From the human T2T-CHM13v2.0 reference genome, Homo sapiens, in NCBI RefSeq assembly GCF_009914755.1, contig NC_060927.1: a DNA stretch of 64,000 nucleotides; one strand, 5' to 3'. Position 1 is the stretch's first letter, and every line of letters starts with the position of its first letter. Below the pieces are notes generated by a model. It ran no database searches. It was not told the DNA's origin and was given only the letters and a program-made list of their open reading frames with translations. The position numbers and the translations under genes are program-made. Positions 29,111 to 43,094 of this stretch are shown piece by piece.

Positions 29111-29416
29111 GATTATGATTGTTATTATTATTTTTAAGACAGAATCTCACTCCGTTGCCCAGGCTGGAGTGCAGTGGCATGATCTTGGCTCTCTGCAGCC
29201 TCTGCCTCCCATGTTCAAGTAATTCTCCTGCCTCAGCCTCCTGAGTGGCTGGGACTACAGGCACGTGCCACCACGCCCGGCTAATTTTTTCTATTTTTAG
29301 TAGAGACGGGGTTTCACCGTGTTAGCCAGGTTGGCCTCGATCTCCTGACCTCGTGATCCGCCTGCCTCGGCCTCCGAAAGTGCTGAAATTACAGGCATGA
29401 GCCACTGCGCCTGGCC
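29111..29416 (-). mobile_element. AluSc-like SINE
   Basis: Full dimer; TSD tccttaagat at 29101-29110 and 29418-29427. Confidence 0.95.
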
Positions 29417-30009
29417 TTCCTTAAGATTATCAATGAAAAAAGTTTTATTCTCATGAAACATGTTTATACTATACTTTAGTATGGTATTTACCATTTTAAC
29501 TGTTAAAAATATGAAAAGAGGAATGATTGGAAATGAGTTTTTCAGACTGTTAAGTCACTATTATTACCGTGAATTTTTCTTTTGGTAGTGGGATTTTGGG
29601 TGGTTTCTTCCTCCTTCTCTGTGCACTTAAGTGCTTTTCCAAATTTTCTATACAACAAGCAAAAAATATCTTTCAATAAATTCCCGATGCCCCCAGAGAC
29701 CACATTTATATTCCACCATCTTTTGTTTATCTATTCCGGTTTTTTTTTAAATTCAAAACCCATTTGAAGTCTATAGTCAAATTATTTTTATAACACATAT
29801 AGGACAAATGTCTAGTAGCATAAAAATGGGCTCCTTTAGCTATGATGTACAGTGGTGTCACCTCTCTGGTTATTTTCTCTTGTGCTTCAATAAAGAAGGC
29901 TAGTTTAAAAAATAAGAACCTAAGCTTTCCTCACTGCAAAGTACCTTTAACTTGTTGGCAATTCAATCTTCAAACCCCTTTAAATATGTATGTATATCTA
30001 TATCTGAGT

Positions 30010-30990
30010 TATACGTTTTCAACATTTTATTATGAAAAATTTCAAACACACAGAAAAGCTAAAAAATGGTACAGTTTATACTACTAATAGACCTATCAGC
30101 TAGATTCTATAATTAACATTTTAGTATCTTTGCTTTCTCACATATCTATTTACCCTTCCATCAATCCATCTTATTTTTTGATACATTTCAAAGTAAGTAG
30201 CAGACACGAGTATGCTTTGCTCCTAAATACTCTTCCACGCATGTCTTTAACTGAAAGAGTTCGATGTTTTTCGCTTTTTTTTCTTGCTTTGGGGGTAAAA
30301 TTTATGTGCAATGGAATGTTGAAATCTTTAGTTACCAGTCAGTGAGTTTTGACAAATGTGTGTGTCTGTGTCACCTAAACTCTTGTCAAAATATAGAACA
30401 TCACCATAATACGGGATAATTTCTTCATGTTTCTTCTAAGTCCCTGAACTGCCCATCCCAGAGCCAACCATTGTCCTGATTTGATTCTACAATGTAATGT
30501 TTTTCCAAGGCTAGAACTGCATATCAATGGAATCATACAGCATGCAGTCTTTTGTGCTATTTTCATTCAGCATAATGTCTCTGCTGTTCATCCGTGTTGT
30601 TTTGTTTTTTAGTCATTTTCTTTTTGTTGCCGAGTTATCTCCCACTGTATAAGAGATTGTTTAGGTATCCATTTTCCTGTTGATGGATACCTAGATTATT
30701 CCACCTTTTAGTACTATGAACAACCTTGTACGACTCTTTTTGTAGGCATCTGTTTTCATTGCTCTTGGGAAAAAACCTAGGAGTAGAATTGCTGGATCAG
30801 AAGGTAGATGTGTATCTGGGTGTTTTTTTAAAAGAAACTTCTCAAACTTTTTCCAGAGAGGCTTATCATCTTACACTCCAATCCACAATTCATAGGAGTC
30901 CTATTTTTCTCTATATTCTCGGCAATACTTGGCATTGTCAATCCTTTTTTTTTTTAATTTAGCTTTATTATGTGTGTGTAGTACCTGAAT
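30010..30990 (-). mobile_element. Old L1M (MC/ME) 3' region
   Basis: tttattatgaaaaatttcaaacacacagaaaag; atggaatcatacag; cctaggagtagaattgctggatc. Confidence 0.75.
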
Positions 30991-31534
30991 TGTATCTTTT
31001 ACTGTATATATTTAAAGTATATGAATTGTATTTTTAAAATGTTGAAATGTTTGGTCAATTTCTTTGCTGTCTAAAGGAGGAAAAGGCAAGAGAGACAAGT
31101 TTTGCTCTAACAAACCTAGACTTCCTGAGTCCACAGCACATTGAAATTGGCACAATCCTAGTATTTTGTAAGAATCCATTTTTCTCCCATGAAGAACTTT
31201 GTTTTCCCAAGATTTAAATGGTAATTACTATAGGCTCACTTCACCATTATCATAATCATGATTGCTGGTCCCTCCTCCTAAGTCCTTCTCTTTTGTTTCT
31301 TCACTTCTCAATTCATTAAGACTACTTGTAAGGATTATGGAGTTGCTTCATACATTCCTGGCATCTTTGTCAGGTAATTTCCTCTGTCTCATGTGTTCTT
31401 AGGCTGTAGGCATTTGTGTCCATGTCTGATTCTTTTCTTAATCTATAAAAATTTTGAAGAAAGGAAACATCTAATTTACCTTAGCACAGCCACTTGCACC
31501 TAGTAGGTGCTGACTAAACATTTATTGAAGAGAT

Positions 31535-31745
31535 GATGGAGTAGTGAAGAACACAAACCCTAGGGCTAGACTCTTCCACCTACCAGCTGTGTGATATCAA
31601 GCATGTTACTTACCCTCTCTAAGCCTCAGTTTCCATCTGAATAATGAAGATAATAAGAGTACCTACCTTACTGAAGTTTTGTGGGGATTAATGAGCTAAT
31701 TTTTAAAAAGCCTTTAGAAGAATGCCTAACATACTATGAATATAT
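31535..31745 (+). mobile_element. MIR SINE (preceded by an L2 3' end at ~31430-31530)
   Basis: ctctctaagcctcagtttccatctgaataatgaagataataagagtacctacc. Confidence 0.8.
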
Positions 31746-34625
31746 ACAAATAAAATGAAACCAAATCATCTTTGGATCATATATCAATTTTATAGAAAAC
31801 TCTGGCTTTCTAAATCAATGTCTACCCTATTTGGAAATTTTTCTTAAAAACAACAACAAGCAAAAAGCAATAATTCAATCTAAAGCTATTTCTTTCAAGT
31901 ATTCTAGTTCTGTTATTCCAGAATTTGGTGAATGAATCTATTTATCCATTATGATTTTGTAGCCTTTGATCATATGCCTCTCATTCTCCAGATTTTCAGA
32001 GGAAGCATGTCTGTAATACCTTTTCTTTTTTTCTTATTTAGGGTCTTTTATTATGTCTTCCTTGAAGTGCTCTGATCAGATCTGCAATACTGGAGATGTA
32101 AATTCAACTCTACTTTTTTTTTCTTTTAAAAAGAAGAGCAACATAATCCTTAGTGATCCTAAATATTATTCAACTTATCTTAACATTCAATTTCTTTATA
32201 TAGCAAAGGAATGCATTTTTAGCAATGAAATAAACAGCAAACATTGACATTGCTTATTAACAGTATTTACGGTCGAAGTGCCCCACATATTCTGAAAGGT
32301 TATGTTGTACATTCTTTTAAGAAGACTTCAGGGTTTTCTACTGAAAGAATTTGAAAATCAAGACTTGGAAGGGTCCTGAGAGCAACATTCTATAGAGGAA
32401 AAGGCTAAAAAGTACCCCAGGATCTTCAGTAGCAGTGATAGTATGGCTTTGTTTTCCTTCACTGGACTAGGCTCCATAACTAAGCGTCTTATATTTGGAA
32501 GTCAAAATGCATTTGTTTGTCTTCTTACAACATAGAGAACACATGCTTACAAAATCAAAGGAGAGCATTGACTATTGTGACCTGTTTAACATATTTCTCC
32601 GCTTTGCTTCGGATGAGAGATTTCAAATCTCATCATTAATGTGGTGAAAAATATTGAATTGGAAAACACTAACATTGTCTTCCCATATTGAGTCATTGTC
32701 TGTTTGTAACTTCCAAACAAGAAAAAGATATTAATGGTCACCTTGGCTGTTTCCTTGTGACCTCCAACATGGCTCGCATTTAAAATTGAATCTGGACTGG
32801 GGTGTCTGGGGGTAGGGAGTGGAAATCTACAGGGTGCAGAATAAAGGCTAGATGTGTCCACTTGGTATTAAGGAAATGCTTCTGCAAGCACAAAAAGAAA
32901 CAATATTTGGTAAAAATGAATGTTGTTTTCCCCTGCTCCGGCATCTGCTTGCGTTTACAATGGCCGCAGTGTTTTTCTTTACCTGGTAGGTGGCCTCTCC
33001 ATGTATCGATGAGGCACTGCGTGAAAATGTGCCTCCTTATGTCGGAGGGAAATTTGCTTTCACTTCTTTTCCCTGCTCTCCTGTGCCTCCCTTTGTTCTA
33101 ATCATACATGTGAGGAGAAAAGCCAGTGATATCAGCAATCATTTTCTTCTCCAGCCACTTTTTGGAGTTAATAATTCAAACAGATCTTTTACAAACTCAT
33201 TTTATTCTTAGAAATGGCCTTATTGCTAACAGTCTGCTCTCCAGTTGTACTTTATCAAGCAGCAGATCTGTTGTAAAATGTGATGACTGGATTTCATCTG
33301 TTTTGCCACCCCCTAAGAATTCATTGCCCACAGTGCTTCAACTGCTGTTATAAGAGACAGTTTAATTTTTGTGGTACATTGATTGATAACTGGGCTCCCT
33401 GGTAACATGGTCTTCCTTGAATAGGACTGCTGTTTTCTAGGTCTCAGATCCCCTGAAGATGCTACATAACTCCCTGTATGAAACAAATCTTCCACACCCT
33501 AATAGTAATATACCAAATCCCCAAATGAACAGAAAATACACACAAATGCCTATAGGTATCTTCATGCCTGTAGGTGATATAATATGGGAAGGGAAGTTCC
33601 CCTCGGCCTTAGGTGTGATGAAATCAGCGAAGCAGAAAAAACAGAGAAACAACCAAGCAACCAACCAAACAGAACTGGAAGACTTGTCACAATTCTGAAA
33701 AGTTGTCTAAACTGGTCTATACTGAGTAATAAAGTTGCAGGTACTTCTTTACTCCTTGACTAATTTTCTGTAGCTCTCAGGTGAACCATGTAGGATACCT
33801 GCTATGTATCTTCAAATTAAAAAATAATAGTAATAATAACAACAAAAGAGAGGGCAAAAATAGTTGGCAAAAAGGAGAATTGTAAAAGATCATAAAAACA
33901 AGGGGTAGAAGGATTGGGTAAAGAGATTTGAATCTCCAAGTTATGGGAGCAATCTTATCATCAGTATATGAAAAAACAATTTTTAAACAAAACTCTCATT
34001 ATTCTTTTCACTATATCGAGGCCAAAAACTTCATGTTTACACACACTTCAAAGAAGAGGACAATGATGTAGGTCCTAATAAAACCATTACTACTGGTTAG
34101 TAAATTTGCTAAGCCTACTGCATGGAAGAAAGTTGAGGGCTTGGTTAAAACCTTAGCAGATAATTTAGCACAAAATAAGTTCTTAGGAGCCTAACATGCC
34201 TGATGATTTTGGTGAAATCTGTTTCTTCCCAACCATGTACATCCAATGACTGATGCATTTGGTGGCAATGTTAAGTTGGATGGTCACAAGTTCTAATCTG
34301 ATATCCCATGTTGCTTCATTAATGATTGGTCCGGTCCCCTGGTGACCACTCCTGTATCCATTTCCAGAGCAACTCTTACTCTGCCTACTTTCTTTTTGCT
34401 TGAGTTAAATGCGATGGTTAGATAAAACTATCTCTGTATTGAATGTTATTCATTCAACAAATATTTATTGAGATACTATAATGCTTCAGGCACTAGGAGC
34501 TGGAATTCAGTAATGAACAAGACAGAAAAAAATTTCTGCCTTCCTGGACCTTGGACTCTAGTGAGTGAGAGGAATAATAAACAAAATACGTAAACAAAGT
34601 AAATGAAATTAGATGAAATGAATTA

Positions 34626-34959
<334 letters not shown>

Positions 34960-35909
34960 TTAGACAGAGTAGCCAAGGGTGGTCTCATTGATAAGGTGAT
35001 TTTGATGAAAGACCTAAAGAGAGTTGGGGAAGTGGCCATGCAGATATCTGGTGGATTAGCAATCCAGACAGAATAGCAAGTGCAAAGGCTGTGGGGCTGG
35101 GACATGCCCGACATTTTTGTGGGGAAAGCTAAAGAGGCTGGGATTACTGAAGTAGAGTAAATGAGGGAGAGAGTTATAAATGATGTCACGGAGGTAATGA
35201 AGACCAGGCCACGTAGGATCTTACAAGCCATGAAAGGAACATTGGCTTTTGCTCTGAGTCCCATAGGAAGCCATTGGAGCTTTTTGTGCACAAAACACTG
35301 GAGGGTTTTGTGCAGAATAATGAATGTTATGTTGACTGAGAATAGATGAAAAGAGTGCAAGGGTGAATGGTGGGAGATCAGTTAGAAGGCTACAGAAGTT
35401 ATTCAGAGAGGATAGGATCAGGGTGACGGTAGCAGGGGTGGTAGGTAGTCATGTTCTGGATACATCTTTGTGGTAGAAACGATAGCATTTGATGATGCCT
35501 GTTAGAGTAAGAGTAGAGTTATGGCTACAACCAAAATATGAATCTAAGTAACTGGTAGAATTGAGATTCAATGAATTGAGGTGGGGAAGACTGGAGGAGG
35601 TTTTTTTGTGGCATGTGTATGTAAAGACACTGATTTTGGACATGCTAAGAGTAAGATGTCTATTAGATATTCAAGTGGAGGTAGCAAGTAAGCACTTGAA
35701 TATATAAGTCTGTAGTTGAGGAAAGAGGCAAAGTTGGAGATAGAAATTTGAGTATCATCAGCATATAGATGGTATTTAAAGCCATGAGATTAGATGAGAT
35801 CCCTTAGAACACCTCTGAGAGAAGGCATCTATGAACTGAACCTTGGAGTTCAGGGAGATGAGGAGAAACTAGCCAATGAAGCTGAGAAGGAGTGGCCAAA
35901 AAGAGTACT

Positions 35910-36213
35910 GGCTGGGCATGGTGGCTCACATCTGTAATCCCAGCACTTTGGGAGGCCGAGGCAGGCGGATCACGAGGTCAGGAGTTTGAGACCAGCCTGG
36001 CCAATATGGTGACACCTTGTCTCTATTAAAAATACAAAAATTAGCCGGGAGTGGTGGCGTGTGCCTGTAGTGCCAGCTACTCTGGAGGCGAAGGCAGAAG
36101 AATCGCTTGAACCCAGGAGGCAGAGGTTGCAAGTGAGCCGAGATTGCACCACTGCACTCCAGCCTGGGCGACAATGCGAGACTCTATCTCAAAAATAAAT
36201 AAATAAATAAAAA
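35910..36213 (+). mobile_element. AluS SINE
   Basis: Full dimer; TSD aaaaagagtac at 35898-35908 and 36209-36219. Confidence 0.95.
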
Positions 36214-38649
36214 GAGTACCATGTCCTAGAAGAAAAGTGAAAAACATGTTTCAAGGCAGATACAGTGATTGATTGCTGAAAGGTCACATGTCGCTGAAAG
36301 GACAAATAAGATGGGAATCATTGAATGGAATTTAGTGACCACATTTAACAATATAGAGTTGATCAGTGACCTTCAGAATAACTTCAGAATATCTGTTGAG
36401 CACAAGTCTGAAGTAACCCAAAACAGCTTATCAACCTCTATGGATTAAATAAAACAATGTGCTCCTGTGTAAGTAACTTGTTTGAAAGCAAGCTGGAGTG
36501 AGGGAGCTAGATATTGAGAGTTCTAAGTTCCTTACCATCACCTTCTTGCACACTAAAGTATTGAAAGAATGTAATATTCAAAACAGGCAAGCAAACAAAC
36601 AAATAGAACATCATCTGAATAGATTATATGTAACAGTCTTCAATGGAAACCATGACAACAGGGAAAAGAGGCCTTGTAAAAAAATTGTGTGTGTGCTTCT
36701 GCTCTGCTTTCTCAATGTATTTATCATGTCATGGCCTTGGCAAGAACAAGAGGTAGAGATAAATAAATAACTGATTTCTCATCTTTTGGAAAAAAACAAA
36801 ACTGGCCTAATGTAAATGGATAAAAGTCCTCTCTGTAGTTGTCAATTTAAACGTAAAGCCCCAATTTAAAAAAAAAGTGAATGGTGTTGCAGTTGTGTGG
36901 GTGGATTTGGTAGGGAGTTTAATTTTGCTACAGAGTGGAGTTTAATCTTTGCTAAAGAAAAGTATATCCCTTTGATTTTTTTAGAATGCCCCAAGGTCCG
37001 TCTGATTTAAACTAGTATTGGAAAAAGGGAAGAGAGATGGAAGGGAGTGATCAAAGTTGGAAAACGATAGAACTTCCCCCCATGAAACACAAGAAAGGTG
37101 AATACAGGTGAAAAATAAAGATAGTGCTGCTCCACATGTTTGGAATTGCATTTTTGGTAGTCTCAACTAACCGAAATGCAGCCACTTAGAGAAGGCTGTC
37201 ACGAAGCTTATGTAGTATAGGATAGGTGTGGGACTGCCCCTCAGGGCAGAGGGGAACATTAAACATACTGATTCCTGTTGGTTATTTGATTTCCTCTTTG
37301 AGGTTAGTGACAGAAAACTTACTTTTTAATTTGTGACCTATCTAGGAGTGGGGTACAAAGGAGAGAATAGAAACAAAGAGATAATCCATGAGAAGAACAA
37401 TATACTTAAGTCCCTTAATGACCCCATTGGGAGTGATGTGGTTGGCTTGATACTGATGTTCAATAGACACCTCCCCCTCCCATCTTCAGTCGTCTTTAGC
37501 TCTAAAATCTCTGTGGTCGAACTTTTGAGATAGGCTGATGTGCCACCACATATGCCATGACCCAAGGGACTGGCTGGCAATTACTCTGGATGCTTCTTGA
37601 AGGTTCTTCATTGTTCTTGCCCTTAACCTGCCTCTGTAGGATCTCAACTTTTCTCTTCCCGCTCCAGCTGCACTATGTATCCGTGCTTGGCTCTCAGTTG
37701 TTGGATTCTCATGTCTCCTTTTTCACAGTGGCTCAGGTAAGGGGACTTGTTGCAACATCTCGAGATGCTGTCTTTAGTCCTAGCTCTCTTGGAAGAGAGG
37801 AAAGGAGATGAGACATACTGAAACCACATTTTCTTGATGTTGAGCAGAATCCAGTTCACAGACTAGAAAATGTTTTATTCCTTGTAGGCTCAGCAGTACA
37901 GAAACAAGGTGGGGAAAGGAAAACAATTTCTAAAGAGTGAATTATTATGAATTATCTTATAAATGCCCATGCCACCTGCTTTACTTCTCATAATTCACTA
38001 AACCTCCTTTACTTCTCATAATTCACTAAATTCACTATGCTCTGCATTTCATCTGTGGTGTGATGAGTTAAAATTGCCTTGTTGGGAATTTTTTCAGAAC
38101 ATTTGTCCACTTGAACAAAAATCAATATTCTGTCTCTTAAACAGAAGCATTTGAACAAGTTGCACTATGCGGAGGTGAGAACAATAATTATATTGGTACA
38201 TGTCTTAAAAATTACCCAGAAGCAGATGAGAATTTGTGAATAAATGACTCATTAAGAAAGTGTCCCCAGAAGAAGTCAGTAAGTGAGTGGGGGCATGAGG
38301 AGAGGAAAAGGGAAGTCAAGCAAAGTGTGCTATTTTTGGCCAAGTCTTATAGTAGGGAGCTTTGGCCTAAATCTACAAGGGAAACTTAGAGCATAAATTG
38401 AGTTGTCTGCCATAAATCAACTGGGAGGAACTTAGGTTTTCATACACTTGCATTATCAGTCATAGCTAAGAACACCCAAGGGCCATGTAAACTCCCAATT
38501 ACTTCTCTCACAGCCATAGGGTAATCCTCTAAAAACAGACAAATGGACAGGCCATTGGAAATAAGAGTCCTGGACCTAGGAAGAAATTCAGGAAACAGTA
38601 AAGGAATTCAGGGAAACCTAGGTGGGTCACTGCAGTGACTACTACATCA

Positions 38650-38890
38650 TTTTAAGCATTTATTGAGCGTTTGGTGGTGCCTAGAAAGCTGTGTGTGTGT
38701 GAGTGTGTGTAGAAAGCTATTTAGTTCTCACAATACCCTTAGAATTATCTCTGTTTTACATACTAAGGAACTAAAGTGTTCAGTAATTTGGAAGAGTGTT
38801 TAAAAAAAGGTCTGCAATAGAGCCAAGATTCAAATCCTGGTCTGTCTGAAGGCCATGTCCACAGTCACGTTATTCTCTCCTTATTATACT
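38650..38890 (-). mobile_element. MIR SINE
   Basis: catttattgagcg...ttctcacaataccctt...agagccaagattcaaatcctggtctgtctga. Confidence 0.7.
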
Positions 38891-40449
38891 ACCTCCTGGT
38901 CAGCCTCCTAACCAAAGTAAGAGGTGAAGTGCAGAAAGGATAGGAGAACTTGGGATAGGGTAAACAGAAGAAAAAAAAAAGCAGAGATGATAAAATAGTT
39001 TGTAACTAAGAAATGTTATAGCAAATGAGTGGGGATTATTCTATGGCCAAGAGAAGGGAAGACTGAGGAAACTTACTAATGATCTTCAAGTTCATGAAAG
39101 GGTTTAACACAGAATAGATTGGCCAGCTGTGCTCAAATTTCTACATAGTGAATTTAAAAAGAAAACTATTTGCTGTTATAGCACGAGGATTTTAGGCTGG
39201 ATTGAAGAAAGTGTTCTCTGGGCAAAAGGGCTATTGAGCACTAGAGTGAAATCCTATAAACTCAAATTAGAAAGAAAAGAAAACAGAAAAGAAAAGAGAA
39301 AAATAAAAGAAAAGAAAAGAAAAGATGTGAGCACAGTCTGTCATGCTGTGCAAATGTATGAGATGTTACCTTGAACACAGCTGCTTCACACCTGCAACCT
39401 TCCACAGAGGGAGAGCCGTGAATTAAAAAAATAAAGCAGCGAACTTCATTGTAGCTGAGGATGCCAGGAAACCTGATGGCCTTCTAGAAACTATCATATT
39501 AATTGTTGTATTAGGGCAGAAACATGTACTGGTCTGGTTTAGTAGTTTGCTTCTTAATGCGAACTCTCTTTTTCACTTTTGTCCTTTCTCCCCCAAAGAC
39601 AAACATTTCCAAGACATTATGTATATGTAAAAGAGCATTTTATGTAGAAGTACAAGAAATAACATTTGGTGATGCAACAATGTGGCACAGAGTCAATGAC
39701 TGTTTAGATAGCAAACGGAATGGACTTTGACGGTACCTTGTGAAGTGGCACATATCATTGAATAATCTATTGTTTTGATGTCCTCTATGCACCCATAGAC
39801 CCTGCCCCTGAAAATTTTCTGCATAACCAATTTAGATTTATGTATATATATATACACACACACATATATACACACATATCTCTATATATATACACACATA
39901 CATATAGATATATATACATAAACACTCTCAATGATGTGTTGAGATGGTATGTACTGCAGCCAGACTTTAAACTAGCTCATTATTTTATAATGGGGTGTAT
40001 ACTAAAAATTTATTTTGAAGTCACTTACAAATGTGTTTTCCCCATCAACATTCTGCTGTAGATGTCATTATTTGGGGGCAGAATATCACTGTAATCACAC
40101 CAAATTTACCTGTGAAGTTACTATTTTCCAGCTACACTGTAGACTAAATTAATAGTTCTGAGTTACTGGAGAAACTCGATCACCAGATCACTATTTCTCT
40201 GGAAAAAAATGAATTCCATTTTGAATTTGGAACTCCAGAAATATTTCCATCCTAATGTGCCTCTCAGTAGAGGTTTGTCAGAGGGTTTTCCACACATTGG
40301 GTAAAGCCAATTGTCAAAAGTCAAATGTTCCCTGAAATTGCTTTTCCTTTAACCAGAGTGGTGACTTGTGCTCTGTGAAAGAGAATTTTCCTTCCTTCCA
40401 TTTTAATAGCAGGCTTTCATAGGATTGAAGAATTTGTACAAGAGCAACA

Positions 40450-41040
40450 ATTATTATTAGCACCTACTATGTATTGGACACTATATTATTCATTGTATAT
40501 ATATTATCTTATGTAGCCTCCATAACAACCTTGGGATGTTATATTATTATCACCATTCTACAGAAGAGGAAATAGATGTAAAGAAGTCAGCTTGCTGGAA
40601 GTCCTATAAATAATAAATGATAGAATTGGGTTGTGCTGTGGTTTGAATGTCTCCTCCCAAATTAATGTTAAAATTTAATTGCCATTGTAACAGTATTAAG
40701 AGGTAGGACTGGTAAGAGGTAGATTAGGCCATGAGAGCTTCACCCTCATGAATGGATTAATCCAGCTTTCACAGGAGTGAGATCATTATAAAAGGCCAAA
40801 TTTGGTCCTCTTTGTCGCTTGCCCTCTCTTGCCCTTCTGCCTTCCACCATGGGATAATGCCACAAGAAGGCCCTAATCAGATGCCAGCTCCTCAATCTTG
40901 GACTTAGCCTATGGAACTGTGATAAATATTTTTTCTCTTTAGAAATTACTCAGATACTGGTATTTTGTTATAGCAGCACAAAACAATCTAAGACAGGTTG
41001 TGAACTCTGGACTGACTGACCCTAAATTCAAGAGCCTTTT
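40450..41040 (-). mobile_element. MIR SINE split by an MST LTR
   Basis: tattattatcaccattctacagaagaggaaa core; continues after the LTR (tgaactctggactgactgac). Confidence 0.7.
40634..40995 (+). mobile_element. MSTC/MSTD-type MaLR solo LTR
   Basis: TG...CA ends (tgctgtggtttgaatg...ctaagaca) with 5-bp TSD ggttg at 40629-40633 and 40996-41000. Confidence 0.9.
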
Positions 41041-41046
41041 CATGGA

Positions 41047-41666
41047 TGTTGTGGTGGACGTTTGTTGGTTGTGTGCCTGACATCCATTCTCCCTTACCAT
41101 TATTTTCCTTTGGAAAATTTTACCTTCACTACCTGTCCCCCATACCACACCACATCACAGACATTTAGTTTGTATGGAATTGACCCCACTGCCTGTCTTA
41201 GGAGTGAGCCCAGATTGACTTAGGCCAACCACTATATTATATTCCTCTCCCTCATTTCCCCCTCCCATACTGCCTGGCTCAGAGATAAGTAGGTAGCTCA
41301 ATCAGAGCCAATGAGATAGAAGGAGATATTTCCTTGTCACCTTGGAAGGAGAAGCTCCCTTCTTTAACTGTGTTGCAAAAGAATGTGAGTTCTGAAGTGG
41401 TGGAAACATTTTTTTACCTATAGGAGACAGCCTGTTTCTGGTGTGGCAACCACTGTGTAGAGCCTTAGTTTGAAGCCACTGGGGCAGAAGACAGAGGGAA
41501 TCCAGGGTCAAAACAACAACTTTTGGACTCCTGGGTCAACCCTTATCTGAAGTAAGAGCGGCTTCTGGGCTCAATTGTAAACATATTTGCTCAAACAACA
41601 ACTTGTAGTTTGAGCCACGTTATGGGGTTCGTGTCAATTTCAACATAAAGAGTTGTAAGTAACACA
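41047..41666 (+). mobile_element. Old MLT1 solo LTR
   Basis: tgttgtggtggacg...catccattctccc...cagagccaatgaga...gtaagtaacaca. Confidence 0.6.
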
Positions 41667-42188
41667 GGCACTCCCCAGGACTATTCCTTCATTAAAAACA
41701 TTTACATCTTCCAAATCTCTGGTATGATGAGACTTGACTTCCACAATCACACTCCTGAAACAATTCAGCAACCTAATTAATCAAATAAGATTACATTCAG
41801 GCTATTCTCCTTGCTAAGTGAAAAAACTTGCCCACTTAAAATTTACGAAGATTCTGAGCAATACAGAATAAAAACAAAGAATGTTTTGGTTAATGATTTT
41901 AAGGTAGGCAGAAAAAAACTAATTAAACGATGCCTTTTTCTGATAATTCTAGTTAATTGGAGTTTTAATTCCAGTAGGAATAATAAAAACTGGGGTCTAA
42001 GTTTGGTAAGTAAAGTTTTCAAATTATTTATATTTGCTTAATTTAGAAAAATGTATGTACACATTCATTTCCCTGTGAGACATTAAAATATATGAACATA
42101 GATTAAGCAAAATATATTTTCCTTTATTGTGATAATTCCTTGTTATCTCCAGTCTTTCCCCCAAATGTGATAAGAATACATAGCTACA

Positions 42189-43094
42189 GAGGGAGGAGCC
42201 AAGATGGCCGAATAGGAACAGCTCCAGTCTACAGCTCCCAGCCTGAGGGACGCAGAAGATGGGTGATTTCTGCATTTCCATCTGAGGTACCGGGTTCATC
42301 TCACTAGGGAGTGACAGACAGTGGGCGCAGGTCAGTGGGTGCGCACACTGTGCTCGAGCCGAAGCAGGGTGAGGCATTGCCTCACTCGAGAAGCGCAAGG
42401 GGTCAGGGAGTTCCCTTTCCTAATCAAAGAAAGGGGTGACGGATGGCACCTGGAAAATCGGGTCACTCCCACCGGAATACTGCGCTTTTCCGATGGGCTT
42501 AAAAAACGGCGCATCACAAGATTATATCCCTCACCTGGCTTGGAGGGTCCTACCCCACGGAGTCTCGCTGATTGCTAGCACAGCAGTCTGAGATCAAACT
42601 GCAAGGTGGCAGCGAGGCTGGGGGAGGGGCGCCTGCCATTGCCCAGGCTTGCTTAGGTAAACAAAGCAGCGGGGAAGCTCGAACTGGGTGGAGCCCACCA
42701 CAGCTCAAGGAGGCCTGCCTGCCTCTGTAGGCTCCACCTCTGGGGGCAGGGCACAGACAAACAAAAAGACAGCAGTAACCTCTGCAGACTTAAATGTCCC
42801 TGTCTGACAGCTTTCAAAAGAGCAGGGGTTCTCCCAGTAGGCAGCTGGAGATCTGAGAATGGGCAGACTGCCTCCTCAAGTGGGTCCCTGACCCCTGACC
42901 CCCGAGCAGCCTAACTGGGAGGCACCCTCCAGCAGGGGCACACTGACATCTCACACTGCAGGGTACTCCAACAGACCTGCAGCTGAGGGTCCTGTCTGTT
43001 AGAAGGAAAACTAACAAACAGAAAGGACATCCACACCAAAAACCCATCTGTACATCACCATCATCAAAGACCAAAAGTAGATAAAACCACAAAG
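42189..43094 (+). promoter_or_regulatory. L1 5' UTR internal sense and antisense promoter
   Basis: YY1 site (aagatggc) at the 5' end; SOX-type aacaaa sites near 42660 and 42760; many CpGs retained. Confidence 0.85.
42550..42639 (-). pseudogene. L1 ORF0, truncated to 29 aa
   Basis: ATG at 42639 gives MAGAPPPASLPPCSLISDCCASNQRDSVG*; an apparent 1-nt deletion (taccccacgg versus recalled tacgcccacgg) creates the early stop. Confidence 0.75.
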
